From assembly GCA_017991375.1 (NCBI GenBank), contig JAGOQP010000001.1, positions 1 through 51,148 of the forward strand: a stretch of 51,148 nucleotides of DNA, written 5' to 3'. Positions 33,539 to 43,508 of this stretch are shown here, in pieces. Below the pieces are notes generated by a model. That model was given only the letters and a program-made list of their open reading frames with translations. It searched no databases and had not been told where the DNA came from. Position 1 is the first letter of the stretch; the number at the start of each line of letters is the position of its first letter. Origin of the DNA: Minisyncoccota bacterium. GTDB taxonomy: Bacteria; Patescibacteriota; Minisyncoccia; UBA6257; JAGOQP01. A program made the translations under genes and the position numbers.

Positions 33539-34243
33539 CTAGTGCGTATGCCTAAACACATCTACTACGAGACGGTTGTCAGGAGCTATTTCTTTTTGTG
33601 CGACGCGCACGATGATATCGGCAACTTGTTGTGGTGTGTGATATGCTCTCTCTCCAGGAAAGCATGAAAGAAACATATCCGTCGCGGTTGATCCAGGGGT
33701 TATGGTGACAAACTCAATACCATATTTTTTTACCTCATCGGCAAGTGACTGGGTGATATTAATAAGCGCGGCTTTGGTGAGTGAATAAAGCGAAAGATGT
33801 TCAATACCATATAATCCCGACCCTGATGAGATCATCATAATCATTCCACTTTTTTGCTTTTTCATAATCTCGAGCACCTGCTGGGTCACGTTTAATGTTC
33901 CTTTGATGTTGGTGTCTATAATTACGTCCCAATCCTTTGAGGTGGTGTATTCAAAATCTTTTCTTTGGGCGATTGATGCGTTATTAATAAGAACGTCAAT
34001 AGTGCCAAATTTTTTAATTGTCTGTCTTATAGCATGGCGAATCTGCCGAGTACTCGTGATAGTTCCCTTGATAAGGAGCGCGTTCTTGTGTTCCTCGAGT
34101 ACCTTTTTATCCGGCGTATTTTTGAAAGAGAGTGAATATATAGCAACTCGGGCTCCCGCATCAAGTAATTGTTTTGCGGTTGCGAGCCCAATACCAGTTG
34201 CGCCGCCCGTAATGAATATCGTTTTATCTTTAACGCTGTACAT
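33539..34243 (-). CDS. SDR-family oxidoreductase
   Basis: TGGATGIG Rossmann motif, NNAS, catalytic YSLTKAA (YxxxK). 234 aa. Confidence 0.88.
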   Translation of the reverse strand: MYSVKDKTIFITGGATGIGLATAKQLLDAGARVAIYSLSFKNTPDKKVLEEHKNALLIKGTITSTRQIRHAIRQTIKKFGTIDVLINNASIAQRKDFEYTTSKDWDVIIDTNIKGTLNVTQQVLEIMKKQKSGMIMMISSGSGLYGIEHLSLYSLTKAALINITQSLADEVKKYGIEFVTITPGSTATDMFLSCFPGERAYHTPQQVADIIVRVAQKEIAPDNRLVVDVFRHTH

Positions 34244-34279
34244 GATACTATTATACTCGTAATCGTATCAGTTGTCTCT

Positions 34280-35335
34280 ATGGACTATCTCGTTCTTCTT
34301 GTGGCCATTATTGTTGTCGGCGTTGCTGTTATCGTCTCCTTTTTTGTTTTTTCAAAACGTATCATCGCTTCGGGAAAACCAGCCGATGCCACTCAATCGC
34401 TCCTGTTACTCCAAAATCAACTTAATGAACTTGCGCGGACGTTGGATACAAAACTAGGAGAATCACACCAAGTTGCGCGACACCAATTCGAACAAAGCGC
34501 CCGCATTATAGGCGATGTTACCGAAAAACTTACTCGTCTAGAAGAAACCAACAAACAAGTAGTTGGATTTGCCGACCAACTTAATAAGCTCCAAGATATT
34601 CTCAAAAATCCAAAACAGCGCGGAATTTTGGGTGAGTACTATTTAGAGACGTTACTCAAAAACGTACTTCCGCCAGGAAGTTATCAGATGCAATACCCGT
34701 TTTCCGATGGAACTATTGTCGATGCGGTGGTGTTTGTAAAAGACCGGATCATTCCCATTGATTCAAAATTTTCTTTGGAGAACTACAACCGACTTGTGGA
34801 AGCGATTGATGTTGCCGAGCGGGAGCGTTTAGAAAAAGCATTCAAACAAGATTTGAAAAATCGTATTGACGAAACGGCAAAGTATGTAAAACCAGACGAG
34901 AAAACAATGGATTTTGCGTTTATGTTTATTCCTCACGAGGCGATCTATTATGATCTTCTGGTCGCTCAAGTGGGAGCGGTGAAGGTAAACACGCGCGATT
35001 TGGTGGAGTACGCATTTAAAGAAAAACACGTAATCATCGTTTCTCCGACATCGTTTTTGGCGTATCTACAAACCGTGCTTCAGGGGCTCAACGCGCTCAA
35101 AATAGAAGAGACAGCAAAAGACATCGTAAAAAATGTAAACGAACTTGGAAAACATTTAAAAAACTACGAACTGTTTGTTCAAAAAATGGGTGGTCATTTG
35201 GGCACAACTGTGAACGCGTACAATGCCGCGTATAAAGAATTTGGAAAGATAGATAAAGATGTGCGGCGCATTGCCGGAGAAGGATTTGGTGTTGAGGCGA
35301 TAAACATAGAAGGACCACGGCAGGATGAGGAGTAG
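34280..35335 (+). CDS. rmuC: DNA recombination protein RmuC
   Basis: N-terminal TM helix, coiled coil, then the RmuC nuclease-like block GILGEYYLETLLKNVLPPGSYQMQYPF.DGTIVDAVVFVKDRIIPIDSKFSLENY...FMFIPHEAIY. Start taken at the internal ATG (MDYLVLL...). Confidence 0.88.
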   Translation: MDYLVLLVAIIVVGVAVIVSFFVFSKRIIASGKPADATQSLLLLQNQLNELARTLDTKLGESHQVARHQFEQSARIIGDVTEKLTRLEETNKQVVGFADQLNKLQDILKNPKQRGILGEYYLETLLKNVLPPGSYQMQYPFSDGTIVDAVVFVKDRIIPIDSKFSLENYNRLVEAIDVAERERLEKAFKQDLKNRIDETAKYVKPDEKTMDFAFMFIPHEAIYYDLLVAQVGAVKVNTRDLVEYAFKEKHVIIVSPTSFLAYLQTVLQGLNALKIEETAKDIVKNVNELGKHLKNYELFVQKMGGHLGTTVNAYNAAYKEFGKIDKDVRRIAGEGFGVEAINIEGPRQDEE

Positions 35336-35340
35336 AGGGG

Positions 35341-35448
35341 AAAATCATTCATCGTTGACCGAGAGAGAATAATCATTAATCTTTTATCTTTAATCCTTGA
35401 CCGAAAACAGGGGGACAATCGTTAATCTTTCATCCTTAATCATTAATT
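35341..35448. repeat. G-poor, stop-dense low-complexity spacer (TTAATCATTAA family)
   Basis: The tract reads aaaatcattcatcgttgacc...aataatcattaatcttttatctttaatccttgacc...caatcgttaatctttcatccttaatcattaatt. It lies between rmuC and the groES promoter. Confidence 0.7.
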
Positions 35449-35492
35449 GTAGCCAATTGCTCTTTCCACATTCGTCGTTAATCGCATAAGGT

Positions 35493-35520
35493 TGACAACG
35501 GTGGGCGTTTGCATACAATA
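35493..35520 (+). promoter_or_regulatory. sigma70-like promoter of groES-groEL
   Basis: TTGACA (35493-35498), 16 nt, TACAAT (35515-35520). No CIRCE inverted repeat is seen. Confidence 0.6.
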
Positions 35521-35555
35521 GTGATACATAAAATAACAAATAACTATTTGGTCGT

Positions 35556-35843
35556 ATGAACCTACAACCACTTTCAAATCACATCATATTAAAGCCCCTC
35601 GAGGAGCAAAAGGTCACTGCGTCAGGAATCGTTCTTCCCGATAACGCGTCGGAAAAGCCGACACGAGGAGAGATTATCGCCGTAGGCCCAGGAAAACGAT
35701 CAGACAAAGGAGAAAGCATGCCCATGACTGTTGCGGTCGGAGACGTGGTGCTTTTTAAAAAGTACGGTCCCGATGAGGTTGAGATTGATGGGGTTAAGTA
35801 CTTAGTAGGCGATGAAGACGATGTGTTGGCGATTATAAAATAA
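35556..35843 (+). CDS. groES: co-chaperonin GroES
   Basis: 95 aa. LQPLSNHIILKPLEEQKVTASGIVLPD...GEIIAVGPG matches the Cpn10 pattern. Confidence 0.95.
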   Translation: MNLQPLSNHIILKPLEEQKVTASGIVLPDNASEKPTRGEIIAVGPGKRSDKGESMPMTVAVGDVVLFKKYGPDEVEIDGVKYLVGDEDDVLAIIK

Positions 35844-35866
35844 ACTTGTGTTGTTTTTAGACATAA

Positions 35867-37507
<1,641 letters not shown>

Positions 37508-37556
37508 AAAAGGCCGAATGTGCTATGCTGAAGATATTATAAGTAATAATTAATCT

Positions 37557-37808
37557 ATGGGACTTGAACAATTAAACGGCTTTTCTGGAATGTTTGGAGC
37601 GCGTCCGTGGCTTATGGTGTTGCTTTTGGCGTGGTCGCTCGTGTGGAAGGGATTTGCATTGTGGAAGGCGGCACACAAAAATCAATCGGTGTGGTTTGTG
37701 GTTATGTTAGTGCTAAACACAGTTGGTATTTTAGAAATCCTATATCTGTTTGTATTTTCAAATTGGAAAATCAAGAAAGAAACCGCGCACGAAGAGACAC
37801 AACAATAA
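37557..37808 (+). CDS. small two-TM membrane protein (DUF5652-like)
   Basis: PWLMVLLLAWSLVWKGFALWKAAHKNQSVWFVVMLVLNTVGILEILYLFVF. Followed by the hairpin ACAGAGGCTTGT...ACAAGCCTCTGT plus T5 (about 37840-37870). Confidence 0.6.
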   Translation: MGLEQLNGFSGMFGARPWLMVLLLAWSLVWKGFALWKAAHKNQSVWFVVMLVLNTVGILEILYLFVFSNWKIKKETAHEETQQ

Positions 37809-37883
37809 TACGGACAGATTATTTTAGTGTGAGTATAAAACAGAGGCTTGTACACAAGCCTCTGTTTTTGTTACTGTGAAAGG

Positions 37884-37957
37884 GATAATCTTTAATCGTT
37901 TATCTTTAATCATTAACCGAAGAGATAACCATTAATCGTTGACTGTTAATCCTTAAG
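37884..37957. repeat. G-poor, stop-dense low-complexity spacer
   Basis: The tract reads gataatctttaatcgtttatctttaatcattaaccgaagagataaccattaatcgttgactgttaatccttaag. Confidence 0.7.
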
Positions 37958-37966
37958 AAAAAGAAG

Positions 37967-37994
37967 GGAAGGGTCGCATAGTGGTCTAGTGCGC
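37967..37994 (+). pseudogene. 28-nt duplicate of the tRNA-Ser 5' end (acceptor 5' strand plus D arm) without a 3' half
   Basis: GGAAGGGTCGCATAGTGGTCTAGTGCGC is identical to 38117-38144, exactly 150 nt upstream. The following sequence has no anticodon or T arm. Confidence 0.7.
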
Positions 37995-38116
37995 GAAGAT
38001 TGTTGCAGATTTGTCTCTGGTAAGCCAGAGCAACAAATCAAAATCCTGCTCAGAGCGGAAGGGTGTCCCTCGGCCCTGCTTCGGGGTAAACAAGAGTAAT
38101 TTTGTGTTATTATTTA

Positions 38117-38203
38117 GGAAGGGTCGCATAGTGGTCTAGTGCGCTCGCTTGGAAAGCGGGTGTGCCTTAACCGGCACCGAGAGTTCAAATCTCTCCCCTT
38201 CCG
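38117..38203 (+). tRNA. tRNA-Ser (anticodon GGA)
   Basis: Acceptor GGAAGGG/CCCTTCC, anticodon stem CTCGC/GCGGG with loop TTGGAAA, long variable arm GTGCC-ttaacc-GGCAC, T arm GAGAG-TTCAAAT-CTCTC. 87 nt; CCA is not encoded. Confidence 0.9.
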
Positions 38204-38477
38204 CACATGAAATTTTTATCCGCCCCGATGAGCGGATTTAAATTTTGTGCGGCGGGGAGCGCGCAAACTGTTTTGCGTGCGTGAGAGATTTGAAGACCGC
38301 AGTGATATTCCGACAGTAGTCGGAATCGCGAGGGGTGGCCTGCGAGCCGACCGAGTGACTGACGAGGGAGGACTTGTAGGCAAATCCCTCTCCTTCCGCT
38401 TTCGCCCGTCGCGACGGGCTTTGGCGTGATAGGATCTGTAAATATAAACTTTTTCCGTGGCGTGCTATACTAAACGT

Positions 38478-39179
38478 ATGAACATTATTGAGAAAAAAAT
38501 ATGGCCGGAAGCATTTGATGAAGATAAGCTACTTAATGTAGATTTCCGGCTTGCTGATTTTGATCTTGCCGAAGGCGACCACATACGTTTTAGAGAGTGG
38601 GATCCGACTACTAAAGAATATACTGGGAGAGAATATGTAAAAATCGTAAAAAGAGCAACCAAAAGTCAAAGTCCAACGCGATACTGGACGCCTGAGCAAT
38701 TGGAAAAACACGGATTATACCTCTTAGAATGGACACAAGAAACTCCAAAGAAAATTGGTGTAGGATTTGGTGTTATGTTGCTACGTGATGGAAAAATCTT
38801 ACTAGGAAAACGTCACGATGATCCTGAAAAAGCATCAAGCGCCCTTCATGGAGAGGGAACGTGGACAATGCCTGGAGGTAAGCTACACTTTGGGGAAACG
38901 TTTGAATCTGGCGCACGTCGAGAGGTGATGGAGGAGACGGGTGTCACCGTTGGGAAGCTGTCTGTTATAAGTCTCTCTAACGACATCGTTTCTGATGCTC
39001 ACTTTGTGACGGTTGGACTTCTTTGTGAAGATTTCTCTGGCGAAGCTCAAGTTATGGAACCGGATGAAATTACCAAATGGGAATGGTTCTCTCTTGATCA
39101 ATTACCATCCCCGCTTTACTCATGTTCAAAAGAAGTTATTGAAAATTATACCGCCCGTCGATTTTATGATTCCCTTTAA
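38478..39179 (+). CDS. ASCH-like (DUF3850-type) / NUDIX hydrolase fusion protein
   Basis: The N-terminus IEKKIWPEAFDEDKLLNVDFRLADFDLAEGDHIRFREWDP.TKEYTGREY has the DUF3850/ASCH pattern. The C-terminus carries the Nudix box GGKLHFGETFESGARREVMEETGV. Confidence 0.75.
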   Translation: MNIIEKKIWPEAFDEDKLLNVDFRLADFDLAEGDHIRFREWDPTTKEYTGREYVKIVKRATKSQSPTRYWTPEQLEKHGLYLLEWTQETPKKIGVGFGVMLLRDGKILLGKRHDDPEKASSALHGEGTWTMPGGKLHFGETFESGARREVMEETGVTVGKLSVISLSNDIVSDAHFVTVGLLCEDFSGEAQVMEPDEITKWEWFSLDQLPSPLYSCSKEVIENYTARRFYDSL

Positions 39180-39199
39180 TATAAAAAGATAAAAATAGA

Positions 39200-41545
39200 A
39201 TGGGTATATTTAAATTGAGTATATCTTTGATTTTTTCTTGTGTTTTATTTTTTGGTCTTAGTAGCGATATTTTTGCTGCGGTTAAATATGTCAACGGTAA
39301 CGCGTCGACATATACATCAATCAATTATCCAACTCCTAGTTCTGTATGGGGGGTTGGTAATGATACCACTGGAGACGGATCTATTAATGCTCCATGGGCA
39401 ACCATAGAGAAAGCTCTTGAAAGCTCTATGCTAACCAGAGGCGATACATTATATGTTGCCTCAAGTACTTACACAGATACTACTCCCGATCAAATAGCTG
39501 TAGCCTTTGGGGTTGGTAGCGGTAATACCTATATTATTGGAGATGGCAATCCTGTTTTTAATATGTATTCAAATCCAAGTCAGACATGGAACTTCACTTT
39601 GCTTACGAATGTTGATGGCCTTGTTTGGGATAATATAGATATCACAAACAACTCCTCCGTCACAGAATATACTTTTAGGATACCATCTGCTGGGACCTTT
39701 ATATTTAAAAATTCGTCAATGAATCTTGGTAATCCTGGTACGAACTACGCGCTTTTTTACTTAGTGGGCACTTCTAACACTATTGTTAATGTGCAGTCAA
39801 GCTTTCTTGGTGGTTGCCGTGGGAGCTGTTTTTTTGCCGATAACACAGGAACTAGTTCAATAACTTTATCATCAAGTGTTATAAAAGATACCGACAAACT
39901 TATTCAGTATAACGATCCAATTAGCACATATATCTTTAATAACACATTTGAAGATTTCAGTCCGGTAGCTCTTTATTTTAACTATTCTAGTGCTGTTACA
40001 AGTACTACTGCCCAAGTTGCCAACAATATATTCATTATCGATCCTGATGATATGAAGCCGATCTTGAGAGTGTCCAACGCGATGGAAACATATTTTGCAA
40101 ACCACTTATCTGATTGGATTTTTACTAACAATATTGTTACGCCTGATGCCGATAGTGAATTGATTGACATGAATTATTCCGATGTTAACGAAATAATTTA
40201 TGGTGATCAAGGAAATGCGGGGGAGGGTGACTTGTTTTATTTCAAAAACGAAAAAAATTGGCTTATTAAAATAGACTTTGTCGATCCCACAAATAAAAAC
40301 TATGCCATTGTTGATTGCGCTTCTACTTTTGCATGTGGTCGTGGGGACAGTAGTTATCTTCCTCTGGTGGACATACTTGGTAACTCGTGGTCCGGAAACC
40401 ATATCGGAGCTTTTCCTAACCCTACGACGACGCTGAGAGCGCTTTCTTTGAATGCATCATCAACGGCATTTATTGGCGATTCTATTCTGTACGGCAAGTG
40501 GGGTGGGACGTCTTGTCCTTGTAGTCCGAGCGTAAGTGGGGATAAGGGGGTATGGTGTTGGTTCGATTACTATGACGGGGGGTGTAATTCTGGCTTAACT
40601 GTTTACGCACAAACCGACGCGGCTGATTTATTTGATGCGATGCCAAGTCAGAGAATACAAGCTATTTATTGGTGGGCCGATGCTATTATTCTCACTCACA
40701 AACCTGATACTGTCTTTATGGCAGGGGGATTAAATAATTTTGACGAATATGACGATACAACTCGACCAGGCGATTCAACTTTGGCTCAAATTGCTTCGGT
40801 CGCTGAGTATGTTATGAAGAAGGCCGAATATTGGGGGGCAACTCCAATATGGTTGGGTATTGGGGCAACTGCTGAAAATATCATGGATGAAGATGCTGGA
40901 ACGTATAATACGAGCGTAAAATCAATATGTAGCGCCAACGGATGGACTGCTTATGAAACCCTTGCTGCTATGCAATCCGCGACCTCAAGTTGGGCAGCTT
41001 ATTTTTATGACGATCTTGATCTAGGAGATGTTCATCCAAACGTTAATGGGCATGCATTAATGGCTAACATGATAACCACTCCCACTATTACATTGCTTTC
41101 TTCTGCTTCTGATGGGACTATTTCTTGGATGACCAGCGAAGAATCTTCATCATTGGTTGACTGGGGTAGTACCTTGTCCTACGAGAATGGAACACTAGAA
41201 CATAATACGTCTACCTTTGTTACTGACCATTCAGTTACTATTCCTGTGAACGCATATCCTTGCTCGACTATTTATTTCCGCGCTAGATCGCGTGACGCGA
41301 TAGGAAACGAAGGATCTATGCTGGGTAATTTTATTTCTTCTGGGTGTTCTATTCCAACAACAGCAACTGTTACTATCCCTCCTCAATCGCGACCCAAGAG
41401 TTTCACTAGGTTACATATTCAATCAGATGATTATTCATTTGCCTCACCAGATGATCAAAGAACTATATTGATAAAAACTTTGATTCAGCTCCTTTACGAT
41501 GTGATTGAAAAAATGAGAAAGCTTAGTGAATTATTGAATAACTAA
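39200..41545 (+). CDS. large secreted multidomain protein (beta-helix-like, SGNH/GDSL-like, FN3-like)
   Basis: Signal peptide. N-terminal GDGSINAPWATIEKALES...GDTLYVASSTY is typical of right-handed beta-helix proteins. The middle section has FIGDSILYG ... DVHPNVNGHALMA (GDS and DxxH of SGNH hydrolases). The C-terminal segment TISWMTSEESSSLVDWG...IYFRARSRDAIGNEG is FN3-like. Confidence 0.7.
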   Translation: MGIFKLSISLIFSCVLFFGLSSDIFAAVKYVNGNASTYTSINYPTPSSVWGVGNDTTGDGSINAPWATIEKALESSMLTRGDTLYVASSTYTDTTPDQIAVAFGVGSGNTYIIGDGNPVFNMYSNPSQTWNFTLLTNVDGLVWDNIDITNNSSVTEYTFRIPSAGTFIFKNSSMNLGNPGTNYALFYLVGTSNTIVNVQSSFLGGCRGSCFFADNTGTSSITLSSSVIKDTDKLIQYNDPISTYIFNNTFEDFSPVALYFNYSSAVTSTTAQVANNIFIIDPDDMKPILRVSNAMETYFANHLSDWIFTNNIVTPDADSELIDMNYSDVNEIIYGDQGNAGEGDLFYFKNEKNWLIKIDFVDPTNKNYAIVDCASTFACGRGDSSYLPLVDILGNSWSGNHIGAFPNPTTTLRALSLNASSTAFIGDSILYGKWGGTSCPCSPSVSGDKGVWCWFDYYDGGCNSGLTVYAQTDAADLFDAMPSQRIQAIYWWADAIILTHKPDTVFMAGGLNNFDEYDDTTRPGDSTLAQIASVAEYVMKKAEYWGATPIWLGIGATAENIMDEDAGTYNTSVKSICSANGWTAYETLAAMQSATSSWAAYFYDDLDLGDVHPNVNGHALMANMITTPTITLLSSASDGTISWMTSEESSSLVDWGSTLSYENGTLEHNTSTFVTDHSVTIPVNAYPCSTIYFRARSRDAIGNEGSMLGNFISSGCSIPTTATVTIPPQSRPKSFTRLHIQSDDYSFASPDDQRTILIKTLIQLLYDVIEKMRKLSELLNN

Positions 41546-41697
41546 ACTATTCACGCATTTTTTGATTTTTGTAGTTGTAAACATTTGATATGCAAACAAA
41601 AACTTTTCCACTTGACATTTTTATTGATTGGTACATAAGATAGTATCAGAACAAGTGCGCGGAATTTCCAGCGTGCGACCACCAGGGGGAGGTGACC

Positions 41698-42240
41698 ATG
41701 TCTGCCGCTTTGGATCTTGCTTTCGAGCGTCGGGTTCGTCCTTTGTTGAGCACTGTTGGAGAGTTTATCGTTCCTTTAAACAGAATGTTGCTTCAAGAAC
41801 TTGTTCTTATGTCCGGAACATCTGTTTCTGACAAGTCCTTGCTTAGAGGATTGGGGAGGAACGTATGCGTTGGCGCTCGCTTCGGTGTTCGACTTGCTCG
41901 ACTTTCGGGTTGTGTAACCTGGCCAATTGTTGAGCAATTTCTTGCGGGTACTCGACAACTCTCTCTTGCGCACGTATTTTCAACAAAGCTCTTTCTTGCT
42001 GATCAGCAAAGAAAAAATCCTACTCTGGCGCGTCTGGTTGAGGCCAACTGGGTTTCGCTGGGCCCAACAACCATCATCCAAGAGCATAATAATCAGGGGG
42101 AATGCGTGAGATCTACCCCCTTTCTTTCTTGGGAGGGGCGTGTCGGCGGATCTGGCAACATGAGCCACAAGTTGATGAAGATGGTTTTGGAGGGCCACGT
42201 GCCTCCAGGAACTATCTTTCTAACCAGGTTTGGAGAGTAA
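41698..42240 (+). CDS. hypothetical protein (180 aa)
   Basis: GGGGGAGG lies 6 nt before the ATG. Promoter TTGACA (41612-41617), 18 nt, TAAGAT. A hairpin follows the stop. G+C is elevated. No family recognised. Confidence 0.5.
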   Translation: MSAALDLAFERRVRPLLSTVGEFIVPLNRMLLQELVLMSGTSVSDKSLLRGLGRNVCVGARFGVRLARLSGCVTWPIVEQFLAGTRQLSLAHVFSTKLFLADQQRKNPTLARLVEANWVSLGPTTIIQEHNNQGECVRSTPFLSWEGRVGGSGNMSHKLMKMVLEGHVPPGTIFLTRFGE

Positions 42241-42470
42241 TGTTCTTTTATGCGCCGTCCTTTTGAACACGCGCATACTCGGGCGTGAAAAGGGCGGTTT
42301 TTCTTTTCCCACGTTTTCCACAGGAAGCTTTTGTTTTGTTTATTTATTTGCTATACTAATAGTAAGAGAACGATGTCATGTGAGGTGGCACTGTTCTATG
42401 CTAAAAAGAGCGCTGCAGAAGCGTTCTTTTTAATTCTTTGGTAAAAATAACCATTTCTTCATTTTGCTGC

Positions 42471-42548
42471 TAAGGATTAATAATCAACGAGTAATGATTA
42501 TCTCTTATCTTGGTCAATGATTAACGATTAAAGATTAATGATTATCAT
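42471..42548. repeat. stop-dense low-complexity spacer
   Basis: The tract reads taaggattaataatcaacgagtaatgattatctcttatcttggtcaatgattaacgattaaagattaatgattatcat. Confidence 0.7.
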
Positions 42549-42587
42549 CTCTTGACTTTCTCTTTTTGTGCGTGTTACGATATGGTT

Positions 42588-43114
42588 AGTAACTTGTCAA
42601 TATCGAGTTCGCATCGAGCATGGCTTGGGTGCGAGGTGACCCGTGGCTTCTTTGGAAAAGAGCGCCTTTCGTTTCCGATTGGTAAGGGATGCTCTGCTCA
42701 AGGCGAGCAGACGAGGGGTGCGCGATCATCTCTGGGGAAGGTTGTGGCAAGCTCATAGACGCCACGCTTGAGGGGGATGATCAATAGAGTCGACAAAAGG
42801 TGAGGAGTGGCCAACGAGACAGCCCTGAGTTGCCGATGAGGTGGCGACTCTTGTTTGTCTGCGGAGGCGGCCGGCCATAACCCTCCATGTCGTTGTCGAC
42901 GCTATGCTCTTTCCAAAATAAGCGTCATCTCGCTCTTGTCACGGTGCGAACTCGATTCTCTCAAACGTATGGGGCCGGGCTGGCTAACGAAGCAGTCGCA
43001 ACACTCGGAGTAACAACGGTACGTCTAACACCTCCTTTCTTCGATGTCGTGTGTCTCTCCCAGCCCAGCCCCACCAAATGTCGCGGCGACCTCCTTGGTC
43101 GCCGCCTTTTTTTT
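42588..43114 (+). ncRNA. about 525-nt GC-rich structured RNA candidate of unknown class
   Basis: Promoter TTGACT (42552-42557), 18 nt, TACGAT. Perfect terminator GCGGCGACC-tcctt-GGTCGCCGC plus T8 (43083-43114). Only short, compositionally odd ORFs. Confidence 0.5.
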
Positions 43115-43126
43115 AAAACAAAAATC

Positions 43127-43154
43127 AAAAACCCTCTCTTAAGAGAGGGTTTTT
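43127..43154. terminator. bidirectional intrinsic terminator
   Basis: AAAA-ACCCTCTCTT|AAGAGAGGGT-TTTT, a perfect 20-nt palindrome flanked by A and T tracts. It serves the minus-strand gene ending at 43164. Confidence 0.75.
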
Positions 43155-43163
43155 GATCAGTTT

Positions 43164-43508
43164 TTATGATAAATATGACTCAGAGATAATTTTTTTTGCT
43201 TTTTGTAGTCGGTCGCGTTCCTCAACGGTTCTGTGGTGGTGAATGTCGGAAAAATCAATCGTGCTCCAGTTTACTCCCGTGAGATCTATTTTAAGATTTC
43301 TAACTTCCTCAAGAAGTTTTAACGCTTCGTCATACGATTCCGGTTCTCGGTCAAATGATTTTCCTTCGCGCGCAGTCGCATACAGTTGAATAAGTTGGCC
43401 CTCTTCTGTGGTAAGGTTTGATAGGGATTTTTTTTCCGCTTCTGGGGGACAACACTCATCGGCTTGCGCTCGCTTGAACCATTGTTGGAATATTTCAATA
43501 AATGACAT
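43164..43508 (-). CDS. hypothetical protein (114 aa)
   Basis: Clean ORF with a downstream bidirectional terminator. No family recognised. Confidence 0.6.
   Translation of the reverse strand: MSFIEIFQQWFKRAQADECCPPEAEKKSLSNLTTEEGQLIQLYATAREGKSFDREPESYDEALKLLEEVRNLKIDLTGVNWSTIDFSDIHHHRTVEERDRLQKAKKIISESYLS

Noticed and set aside
37967-38116. A second complete tRNA (or intron-containing tRNA) upstream of tRNA-Ser.
   Set aside because: Only the acceptor 5' strand and D arm are present. I could not build an anticodon stem, T arm or complementary acceptor 3' strand, so I recorded it as a fragment.
42971-43069. tmRNA or tRNA-like element suggested by GGGGCCG...CAGCCCCACCA.
   Set aside because: The two ends are only about 100 nt apart. 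There is no T-loop (GTTCRANYC-like) and no tag reading frame. The pairing is better explained as a 12-13-bp closing helix of an RNA domain.
42552-43156. ORFs 42552..42758 and 42887..43156.
   Set aside because: The first begins at the -35 box of the promoter. The second runs into the terminator stem. Neither has an SD, and both are Arg/Ser/Cys/Leu-rich.
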